Of a stretch of 64,000 nt of DNA, positions 39,790 to 48,600 are shown piece by piece. Source of the DNA: an uncultured Actinomycetota bacterium (lineage in GTDB: Bacteria > Actinomycetota > Humimicrobiia > Humimicrobiales > Humimicrobiaceae); the NCBI GenBank assembly GCA_964610315.1, contig CAZSVM010000014.1, positions 5,106 to 69,105 on the forward strand, in the 5' to 3' direction. Every line of letters begins with the position of its first letter. Position 1 is the first letter of the stretch. The notes under the pieces are model-generated. The model worked only from the letters and a program-made list of their open reading frames with translations, was not told the DNA's origin and ran no database searches. The translations under genes were made by a program, and so were the position numbers.

Positions 39790-39840
39790 AGCAGTAGGCT
39801 CACTTATCTGCCCGCTATGAGCCTACTGCTTAAGGCGGGC
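39790..39840 (+). promoter_or_regulatory. Inverted-repeat site immediately upstream of the recombinase start
   Basis: Perfect 13-bp arms AGCAGTAGGCTCA (39790-39802) and TGAGCCTACTGCT (39818-39830) with a 15-nt spacer. A second dyad GCCCGC (39809-14) / GCGGGC (39835-40) interlocks with it. TTGACA lies at 39752-57 upstream. Confidence 0.5.
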
Positions 39841-39855
39841 TTTAATTAGAAAATC

Positions 39856-41496
39856 ATGAAAAAAGCAGCCATTTATTGCCGTGTTTCAACAGCGCTCCAA
39901 GAACAAGAAAAAACAATTGATTCTCAGCTAGCAGAATTAAGAGAAACTTGTAAGGATTTACAGATTTTTAAAGAGTATATAGATAACGGATGGAGCGGAG
40001 AAACGCTTGATCGTCCGGCACTAGACCAGTTAAGAAACGATGCCAAAGAAGGTTTATTTGATGTCGTCTATATTCATTCGGTTGACAGATTGTCAAGAAA
40101 CCTTTATCAGCAAGGTATTTTGGTTGAAGAATTGAAGAAAAGAGGAGTGGAAATCCTTATTAGTGGCAAACCAATAGCAGATACTCCCGAGGGAAGATTC
40201 ATGTTCAATGTTCTCGGTGCTGCAGCAGAATTTGAAAAAGAAAAGATTCTGGAAAGGACAAAAAGGGGAAGGCTTTTTAAGGCTAAGCAGAAAGGGATTG
40301 TAGGTACACTGCCTCCATTCGGTTATAACTATATTAAGAAAGATGCATTAAGAGAAGGCTATTATAAAGTAAGTAAAAAAGAGGCAGAAATTGTAAGTCT
40401 AATATTTGATCTCTATATTGAACATTGTAGTTTAAAAAAAGTTATAAAAGAACTAGCTTTAATGAAAATCAGAACAAGAAAGAGAAGAGAGATTTGGGGA
40501 ACTAGTGTAGTAGCAAAAATTTTAAGAAGAGAAGACTACATAGGAATAGGTTATTATAGAAAAACTTATAGCGTTGAAATAAACAATGGAAAAAGATATA
40601 GAAAAGTAGTTAAAGAAGGACGAAGATTAAGAGACAGGAAAGAATGGATTCCTATCAAGTTTCCACCAATTATAGATCAAGAAAAGTTTAGATTTGTCCA
40701 GGAGATACTGTCAAAAAAATATAAGCCTTTTGGAAACAGCAAGCACTTTTATTTATTAAGTGGATTAGTAAAATGCGCTAATTGCAACTCACCTTTAGCA
40801 GGAGATACAACCATGGGCCATTCTTATTACAGATGTAATAACAGGCATAGAAATTTTCCTTTTCCTAGAGATTGTAACGCAAAAATGGTAAAGAAAGATA
40901 AATTAGAGAACGCAATTTGGAGCACATTTGTGAAAGCCATAAGCAATCCTCAGATAATTATTAGACATGTTTTGGATTCGTATTACAAAACAAATAAAAA
41001 TAGACCGGAATTAAGCAAAGAAAAAAAGATTCTATTAAGAAAAAAAGAAAATTTGGATGGAAAAACAGACAGACTGCTAGAAATTTATACTGATGGCATT
41101 ATTAGTAAGAAACAATTTTCTGAAAAAAGCATTAAATTTGAACAGATAAAGATAGAGATAGATAAAAGATTAAAAGAGATTGATGAACAATTAAATAAAT
41201 CCACCAGCAGACCACTAATCACCAAGGATATTAAATATTTTTGTAATTTAGCGAAGACAAGATTAAATACCCTTAAACTTAAAGAGAGACAAATATTCTT
41301 AAGGTATTTAATAAAAAAGATATTATTTGATTCAAATAAAAAATCTGCCAAAGTAATTGGGCAGATCCCCGTTGAGATTTCGGATATACAACAAATATTT
41401 CCTCCCTATAATGTTGGGACACTTTCCTTACTTTCTCAAAATTATGGAATGTGTCCCAGAAAATATATTAGATTTCAACTAGAGGTGACAGTTTAG
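39856..41496 (+). CDS. Large serine recombinase (resolvase catalytic domain + recombinase domain + zinc ribbon/coiled coil)
   Basis: AAIYCRVSTALQ (catalytic Ser), VDRLSRN, C-x2-C..C zinc ribbon (CANCNSPL..YYRCNN) and a Lys/Glu-rich coiled coil. Confidence 0.9.
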   Translation: MKKAAIYCRVSTALQEQEKTIDSQLAELRETCKDLQIFKEYIDNGWSGETLDRPALDQLRNDAKEGLFDVVYIHSVDRLSRNLYQQGILVEELKKRGVEILISGKPIADTPEGRFMFNVLGAAAEFEKEKILERTKRGRLFKAKQKGIVGTLPPFGYNYIKKDALREGYYKVSKKEAEIVSLIFDLYIEHCSLKKVIKELALMKIRTRKRREIWGTSVVAKILRREDYIGIGYYRKTYSVEINNGKRYRKVVKEGRRLRDRKEWIPIKFPPIIDQEKFRFVQEILSKKYKPFGNSKHFYLLSGLVKCANCNSPLAGDTTMGHSYYRCNNRHRNFPFPRDCNAKMVKKDKLENAIWSTFVKAISNPQIIIRHVLDSYYKTNKNRPELSKEKKILLRKKENLDGKTDRLLEIYTDGIISKKQFSEKSIKFEQIKIEIDKRLKEIDEQLNKSTSRPLITKDIKYFCNLAKTRLNTLKLKERQIFLRYLIKKILFDSNKKSAKVIGQIPVEISDIQQIFPPYNVGTLSLLSQNYGMCPRKYIRFQLEVTV

Positions 41497-41537
41497 TAAA
41501 AAAATCCCCCCGTGAAGGGGACTTCTGGTTTGGCTCG
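41435..41537 (+). repeat. Array repeat R1 (= 3' end of recombinase CDS + terminator hairpin)
   Basis: ctcaaaattatggaatgtgtcccagaaaatatattagatttcaactagaggtgacagtttag + a7-TCCCC-ccgtgaa-GGGGA-cttctggtttggc. Confidence 0.85.
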
Positions 41538-41630
41538 CTCTGGTGGACAATTTTAGAACCTTAAAGTGGGAGGAAGTGTTTAAATATCCAACAGTATCTC
41601 TTCAACAAGCCAAACAATTACTTGCTATAA

Positions 41631-42164
41631 CTAACTTAAAAATCCTCTTACTTGTCCATCGGACACTATATTTTTTAGTTCAGTTAGATATTGTTGACAC
41701 AAAGTAGGGATATCTTCGGTCCCGGACCAATCATCAAATTTATATTTATGAGTTACTTCGGGCGGTATTTCTTCTTTAATTTTTGGTGGTTCGGGCCCTG
41801 ATTGACATTCCTCAATTATATTACCATTTTTATCTCTCTTTATAATTTTTATAGATTCAGATACTCTCAATGTTTCTCTTATTAGGATATTTACATCTTT
41901 TCTTACTTTAACAGGCTCTGTATGTATATTTAGGTCTCTTTTATCTTTAAAAAATGATACTACAGTGCTATCTCTAATTACTGAATCATACCATTGCCTA
42001 CCATTTGATTTATTTTTGGCTTCTTTTAGCGCGAACTGTAAAACGGAACGTGCAGCAGCTAGAAAAGCGCTCAAATTATATTTAAAAACATTTGAATTCT
42101 CTTCGGTTTTCAGCATTTGATTATAAAAGTATTCAGCCTCTTTAATTTTTTCTATCTCATGCAT
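41631..42164 (-). CDS. HEPN-motif protein (177 aa)
   Basis: R-x4-H in KDKRDLNIHTEP; helical N-half. Confidence 0.4.
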   Translation of the reverse strand: MHEIEKIKEAEYFYNQMLKTEENSNVFKYNLSAFLAAARSVLQFALKEAKNKSNGRQWYDSVIRDSTVVSFFKDKRDLNIHTEPVKVRKDVNILIRETLRVSESIKIIKRDKNGNIIEECQSGPEPPKIKEEIPPEVTHKYKFDDWSGTEDIPTLCQQYLTELKNIVSDGQVRGFLS

Positions 42165-42263
42165 TTTTTAATTTTTTGCCTCCTTAGCAAAGCTTATTAT
42201 AATTCTGGAGAATAGAGATTATATAGCAATTATGAAGGAGAGATTATTGGGAATTAAAGAAGC

Positions 42264-42914
42264 CTATAAAGCCCTAAGATTGACTTCTATAACTGTATCT
42301 TTTATCCTATTAACAATTTCTATGATTAGTTCTCTCCAATCTTCAATCTGATGAAAATTAACTGGTAGTTTATCACCGATTTGAGCTATTGAATTTTCGC
42401 CCCTTGCATCCTTAAAAGCTTCCAACCAAAGTATATCAACCTTTGAATTGTTGTGAATAAAGCAATTTCTAGTTTCCTTCGCCAACTTCAATTCTTTAAT
42501 TTTATCTTCGGTCATTTTAGTTTGAAAATTTTGGTAGGGGCTCTCCCCTAAAAGAAATTTTTTTAGATTTTCAAATTTATCTGCTCTTATTTCTTGTCCG
42601 CTACATACAATAGGGCATAATTCAGCTACCAATTCTTCAAGCAACGAAAAAAGTGTTTGTAAATAGCCTAATGTAAATTCATTATCTTTTGATTTAAGAA
42701 TCTCGCAAAGTTTTTGAGGTGTGTATTCTTGAAACCCCCTCTTTGAAGCAGGTAAACCGAGTTTTAATGGTTTGTTCCATAAATTAGTGTTTTTGAATTT
42801 TGGTTCAAGCCAATAGAAAACACACCCCCACGATGCCATATAGAGTGCTTTCCATTCATCTTCACTTTCTAGTATTCTCTGTATTATATTATTAACTTTT
42901 TCTGGAATTTCCAT
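42264..42914 (-). CDS. HEPN-motif protein (216 aa)
   Basis: R-x4-H in AKETRNCFIHNNS near the C-terminal third. Confidence 0.45.
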   Translation of the reverse strand: MEIPEKVNNIIQRILESEDEWKALYMASWGCVFYWLEPKFKNTNLWNKPLKLGLPASKRGFQEYTPQKLCEILKSKDNEFTLGYLQTLFSLLEELVAELCPIVCSGQEIRADKFENLKKFLLGESPYQNFQTKMTEDKIKELKLAKETRNCFIHNNSKVDILWLEAFKDARGENSIAQIGDKLPVNFHQIEDWRELIIEIVNRIKDTVIEVNLRAL

Positions 42915-42938
42915 AATTGTCCAGCGATGGGCTTTTTC

Positions 42939-43547
42939 CTAATTTTTTTGTTTCATAATTATATCGCCTAATTTCCATAATATAAAATCAAGCATTTTTA
43001 CATCAACAATATCCACTTTCAACCTTTCTTTAAAATCTTTAATAATCTTTTTTACCTCTTGGTCTTTAAGAATCTTACTAAACCTCTCTTTAAGTAAATT
43101 ATATTGTACTAATCTATCATCTATTTTTTCTTTGATACCTTTAATATTATAATTTAATTTAATATTAAAAATTTTAGCTATTCTACTGTCATAAATAGGT
43201 TTATTATTATCCACTGTATGAATTAACTTAGAGGCGAAACTTAATAATATTGCCGGTTTCCCATTCAGTCTTGGAATTTCAGATAATTCAACGAGAATAT
43301 TTTTCAGATTTGTTTCTCTTTTTTGCAACAATTCAAAATATCTATCAATTAGTCTTTGTCCAAGACCCCCTGCGTTTAAGACGTAAAATCTTCTATAAGT
43401 TCTTTTAAACTCTTCATTATTTACTACGTTATTAACAGTTTTAAACTCGGTTGAAAGATAACTATAATCTTCAAAGGACTTTTTATCTTCAGATAACTTA
43501 TTAAAAATCTCTTCTCTATATTCTTTAATTAAATTTATTACTTCCAT
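42939..43547 (-). CDS. Hypothetical protein (202 aa)
   Basis: Co-directional and 24 nt upstream of the HEPN gene. No motif recognised. Confidence 0.4.
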   Translation of the reverse strand: MEVINLIKEYREEIFNKLSEDKKSFEDYSYLSTEFKTVNNVVNNEEFKRTYRRFYVLNAGGLGQRLIDRYFELLQKRETNLKNILVELSEIPRLNGKPAILLSFASKLIHTVDNNKPIYDSRIAKIFNIKLNYNIKGIKEKIDDRLVQYNLLKERFSKILKDQEVKKIIKDFKERLKVDIVDVKMLDFILWKLGDIIMKQKN

Positions 43548-43636
43548 CTAAATATTCTGTCTAAAATTAATTATTTTAATATAGACTAAAATAGAATTGT
43601 AATTATTGCTTATTTAAAACTTAAGGGGAAACTAGA

Positions 43637-43975
43637 TCAGATTCTTTTTATTTTTATGTAATTTTTGATTCTGTTACGATCTTCACTCTCTTTTTCGCCC
43701 TTAAAATATAATTGTATAAACTCAATCATATGCTTACTTTCACAATAAGCATAAATAATTCGCATTGAAGAGCCTTTTAAATAACGACAAAAAAGACGGC
43801 CTTTTATAATTTTGACCGTTTCTTTTGCTATTAGGACTACAAAATGTTTGCTAATGCCAAGTGGAAATTTTGAAACAACTTTTTTAAATTCAAGTAAATC
43901 ATCAGCTAATGACTTATACTTCTTTGACAATCGTTTGAAATCTTTGGAGAAGTCGTCGGTCTCATTAAAGTTCAT
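43637..43975 (-). CDS. RelE/ParE-superfamily (Gp49/HigB-like) toxin
   Basis: 112 aa. DFKRLSKKYKSL..KIIKGRLF..GSSMRIIYAY..IEFIQLYFKGEKE pattern. Overlaps the antitoxin stop by 11 nt. Confidence 0.6.
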   Translation of the reverse strand: MNFNETDDFSKDFKRLSKKYKSLADDLLEFKKVVSKFPLGISKHFVVLIAKETVKIIKGRLFCRYLKGSSMRIIYAYCESKHMIEFIQLYFKGEKESEDRNRIKNYIKIKRI

Positions 43976-44753
43976 CTTCGTAATCTCTTACAGAATGATC
44001 CGTGTCGCGGTAAAATACGCTTTCATAGCTGATAATCTCACCATATTTATGAACTCGCCACGGTACATCGCTGTGAGAATATTCTGTTAATTCATTGGCA
44101 TTTTTATCTGAAAGACGAGCAAGTACATCATCTACGTGCTTCACTTCTCGTGCAGACAATCTTCTTAAATCAGATTCTCGGCGTGGTAGATATTTTTTTT
44201 GATCATACTGAAAATATTTGCTTTTAACTCTCTCTATTTCACCTTTATCTTCCATCTCCTCAACAATTTTTTTAAATTCCACCGGTGTTGGCCCGTAATG
44301 ATTTTTAACATACCGCGCGCCAGTTAGTTGTTCTTCAAACTTCTCATAAAAGTCGAAATCTATAAAATAAAGTAGTTTATATAAAGCAGTTTCCCCAATA
44401 TTTGGTTTTGCCCCCACTTTTTCTAAAATATACAACAAAACTTCCTTGAATTTTATAATATCAGCACGTGGAATAATAACACGGATTCCTGTCTTTTTTG
44501 ATCTTTTTTGTATCTTTTCTTTTTCTAAAATAATCTTTGCCTCTGAAGCTTTTTCCGGCAATAAAAGATTCTCCAGCCGCATACTAAAAATACTCGCAAG
44601 TTTTTTTGCCTCAGATATAGTTAATTCTCGTTCTCCTTTTTCTATCTGCATGTAGGTAGGTCTGGACATTCCTAATTCTTTAGCGATGTATTCCTGTGAA
44701 AAGCTGTTTTCCTTCCTCAACAGTTTAATTTTTTTATATAAATCTTTAACCAT
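43965..44753 (-). CDS. XRE-HTH + DUF4065 (Panacea/SocA-like) antitoxin
   Basis: N-terminal FSQEYIAKELGMSRPTYMQIEKGER. The central LYKLLYFIDFDFYEKFEEQLTGARYVKNHYGPTP matches the PanA/DUF4065 signature. Confidence 0.7.
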   Translation of the reverse strand: MVKDLYKKIKLLRKENSFSQEYIAKELGMSRPTYMQIEKGERELTISEAKKLASIFSMRLENLLLPEKASEAKIILEKEKIQKRSKKTGIRVIIPRADIIKFKEVLLYILEKVGAKPNIGETALYKLLYFIDFDFYEKFEEQLTGARYVKNHYGPTPVEFKKIVEEMEDKGEIERVKSKYFQYDQKKYLPRRESDLRRLSAREVKHVDDVLARLSDKNANELTEYSHSDVPWRVHKYGEIISYESVFYRDTDHSVRDYEDEL

Positions 44754-44761
44754 TTGTTTTA

Positions 44762-44789
44762 ATTATAGTATGTAAAAAAATCTTGTCAA
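44762..44789 (-). promoter_or_regulatory. Sigma70-type promoter of the antitoxin-toxin operon (near-leaderless)
   Basis: Minus strand: TTGACA - 16 nt - TATAAT, then only 8 nt to the ATG at 44753. Confidence 0.6.
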
Positions 44790-44807
44790 GTGGATAAGTA
44801 GAAATAC

Positions 44808-44835
44808 TTGACATAATAATGCATTTTGTTACAAT
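44808..44835 (+). promoter_or_regulatory. Divergent sigma70-type promoter toward the DUF2188-like gene
   Basis: TTGACA - 16 nt - TACAAT. Its -35 is the right arm of the 8-bp dyad TGTCAAGT/ACTTGACA (44784-91 / 44806-13). Confidence 0.5.
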
Positions 44836-44972
44836 GTCTATGGAGCTCAAATACAAAACGGGGCCTCGTCGAACCCCATTTGTAAATGTGCCAAGTTAAT
44901 ATTCTAAACATATTAACCTTTAATTACAAAACAACACATTCTAAGTTTATAGGTTAAAAACAATAAAACACT

Positions 44973-45218
44973 ATGAATAAGCTAACAAAATATACTTTAG
45001 GGTATAACGAACATAAGGAAAAATGGGTGCTTAAGAAGGACAAAACTAATCAAACCATTAAGACCTTTGACACTAAAGAACAAGCAACAGCTGGTGGTGT
45101 ATTAAAAAAGGTTCTTGGGGAAAATGGTGGATCAGTAAAAATTAAAAAACTTAACGAGAAATACCAGGAAGAACGCACCTATCCCCGTAAAAAGGACCCA
45201 AAAAAATCCAAAGGATAA
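44973..45218 (+). CDS. DUF2188-like small protein
   Basis: 81 aa; ..KWVLKKDKTNQTIKTFDTKEQA.. pattern and a basic C-tail. Confidence 0.45.
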   Translation: MNKLTKYTLGYNEHKEKWVLKKDKTNQTIKTFDTKEQATAGGVLKKVLGENGGSVKIKKLNEKYQEERTYPRKKDPKKSKG

Positions 45219-45234
45219 TTAGATTGCAAAAAAA

Positions 45235-45262
45235 ATGGAAAGGATTTACTTTCCATTTTTAT
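45235..45262 (+). terminator. Intrinsic terminator
   Basis: ATGGAAAGgatttaCTTTCCATttttt. Confidence 0.8.
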
Positions 45263-45390
45263 TTTTAACCAAACATACCAATTATTTAATTGTCTATGAG
45301 TTTTTACCTTGCCCTAAAGTCGTATGGTATTGAACAAAGTTAGAACCTAGATTACAAATACAAAAGAGCACCTTGGGATACCGGTCTTAA

Positions 45391-45500
45391 CTCAAAATCA
45401 TGGAATGTGTCCCAGATATTACTTGGAATTTCAGCTAGAAGTGAAGGTTTAATAAAAATAAAAACTCCCCCGACAGGGGGGGGGGGCTTTGTTTGGCCCC
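45391..45500 (+). repeat. Array repeat R2
   Basis: ctcaaaatcatggaatgtgtcccagatattacttggaatttcagctagaagtgaaggtttaa, then a C5/G11 hairpin and ctttgtttggc. A partial extra unit follows at 45508-45580. Confidence 0.85.
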
Positions 45501-45609
45501 ATATTCGCATTGAATAAAGGCCGAAACTAGATTATAAGCGCAAAAGGGGATTTTGAGATGACGTTTTTAACTCAGCTTTAAGTTACACCCAACTTGCTAC
45601 TCATTATTT

Positions 45610-48600
45610 CTAATAGAAATTTAACCCAATTGTATCTAGACCTTTAATCTTACTGTAACTGTTTTTAATTTTGTTTAGTTTATTATTGTCTACTCTGGCA
45701 TTATTAATAACAAGCAAAATCCCATAGTCAACACTAAACCCCTTCATATATCTCTGGAGACTTTTAAAAGATCCTTTGTTTTCCAAATTATTTCCTTTTA
45801 AATCTGGATGACTTGATAATTTTAGCTCAAGGAGTATCTGTCCAATAAATCCATAATTTATTAAAAAATCCACCCTTTTGCTATCTAACTTTTGTGGTTC
45901 TCTGTAGATCTGAAAATCGAGTCCTCGTTTGAGGAATTTATTCTCTAAAGCAAGTTGAATATTAGGTTGGATCTCAGGCTCCTTTTTATTTCTGATTATT
46001 TTGCTTCCCCCCTCGTTTTCAATCCAGTTCTTTAAGTCTTCATTTATGATTTTTTTAACATTATCAAACAGCTCTTCTGGAGTACCTATCGAAAGGTATT
46101 GTCTTGATTTTGTTTCATTGAAGGATTTTATGGCACTATTAATATTACTTGGTCTACCAATATAAACAAGATAAGAACGTTTCAGTTGTTTTAATTCTCC
46201 TTTAAACCAATTAGAATAATCTGAATGTATATTATTCTGTAAAAAATTTTCGAGTTGTTTAATCGCTTCATACGATCTTGTGTATTTTAAACCATCGAAG
46301 TATTTAAACACGATTCGCCATAAGTATTGAACGTAATTCCAATATCGTTCATTCTTATTTATCTTTTTAAAAGAAAAATCAATGAGATCAAGAAATTTCT
46401 TTATATAAGACATATCTTTTAGCTCCATCAATGAATTTGCAAATCTCTTCTCGTGTAATTCATTCTCTTGAGGACCAACTGAATGTACGCCTATTGGTTC
46501 TTCGAATTCAAAGATCCGTTTCTTTAATTGAGTAAATCGCCAGCTGATCGCTTTTTCATCTTTATAATTTTCAATCAACAGTTGATTTGCAGTTTCTGAA
46601 AGCTGGAAAGATTCATCTTTTCTTTTTTTATATTCTTTAAAAATTTTCTCTAATAATTTTTTATCAGGTTTTAACGATTCCATCAGTTTCAAACTTTCTA
46701 TTCGATTATAAACAGACAGTGTTTCCTCTTTTACAAATTCCTCAATAATACGAAGCGTTTCTTCCAGTTCGTATTCTTTAACGAATTCAATGAAACTTTC
46801 CGGTTGGAATAATCTTAGATCTGAATTGCTCTTGTATATAGCTAAGACATATTTTAATTCTTCCGTTTTTACATTTTTAATCAGTTTAAAAATGGCTTTA
46901 CGCTCTTCATAATATGCAAATGGAATAAAATTAATAATCTTTTGTCTATATTTTGAAATATCTATCTTTAATAAGGAGGCTAGCTTTATACAATCTGCAA
47001 AAATTGGATTCCAAGAATGCCAGGTAAAACTTGTATTATTACTATCTCTTCTGTTTATCTTGAATATTTTATATCCATCCTTGGGATCGAATTTCTCAAA
47101 AATTGATCTGGTCATTAAATTAATGATTCTCTTTCTCTCTATCTCTGTGATTTTTTTCTCAAGAATTTCTTTATTATCAATATAAAATCTAAATATACCT
47201 GGATCATATTTTCCTTTTCCGGGCTCCAGTCTTAATTGAAATTCCTTATAGACTGTTTCTTCTTTGGATTCGGATTGCTGTAATCTTTCTTTCCGAGCAA
47301 ATTTCTCAGATTCTTCATATTCTCTCCTTAAATACTTTCTCCCCTCTTCGTAAATTTCTTCTTTCAGTTTTCTATTAGAAAATTTAATTTGTTGAAGAGT
47401 CCATAAAGCTAATCTCTTACTTCTTTGGGTTTCTGATAATTCATTTATAAATCTCTCGACTTGATTCTTCTCAAGAACTGCCGCAAATACATTTTGGAAA
47501 CTAAAAATACTAGTTTTAAGCTCATCTGAACTCTTAATTCTTGAAATTAAGTTAAAAAGAAAGTTTGAGTCATACTCTTTAAGTAAAAGAGTCAACCTTT
47601 CGATGAAATTTGATCTCTCAACATAGTATGAATATTTTGATTCAAAAGCCTTTATTAGAATGTCAAAAGCAAGTTTGGCAATTTCTTCATCTAAAACAAC
47701 TTTGATATTCTGATTAATTTTTTCGTCTTTTTCTCTAAAAATGCTTTCCTTATCAAGAAAATGTTGAAGGAATAAGGTATCATTTTTTAAGGAATTTAAG
47801 AGCCTTTTTATTCCTTCTTTATTGTTAATTTCCCATATCCCATAGCGAGCTTCAAGGAAATCCCGTTTAGTACCCTCAACAAAATATTTTATCGATGGTT
47901 CACAGTTAGGATCTATTCTATAACAAAATCTCAAAAAAGCTCTTTGAACAAGTTCATCTTTATGTCTCCAAGTATTTTCTACTTTTTTAATCAATAGAGG
48001 GTCTTTAAACTCGCTCAGAGCATATAAGGAGAGTCTTTGGAGCACACCATTTTCATTTTCACTATTAGCAAACCTAATGAGTTTCTTTTTCCAATATTGT
48101 TGATCGTCTACAGCTAAGCTTTTGTTTTTTAGTAAGAAATGAACAATTAATGCCATATTTCCTTCTTTTACAAACAATCTCTGTCCATTTTCCCTGGTAT
48201 CAACCCATGACTTAAGAAAATCCGAAAGCGTATTATCATAAAAATAACTCAGTCCTTCTGCTATATCCCAATCTAGCCATAGTTCTTCTCTCACTTGATA
48301 GTGGGTTAGAATTTCTTTAAATATTGTTATTCTTGTTTCCTTATTTACTTTCTCATAATTTAATTTGAGTAATAGCTTGCTATATTCATCATCAATTACT
48401 AACTTAGTCTTTTTAAATCCAAAACGTAAAATTTTATCTAACAAATCTGGCTTTTGCTCTAATAAAAAGCTCAATGTGTTAAACCAACTCGGATGTATTT
48501 CTTGAAGTTCCTTATCTACCACAATATCATAGAGGGTTTTTTCTAATCTCCCCATGCGTAGAAGCTCTTTTGACGCTAAATATTCCTGAAACTCTGGATT

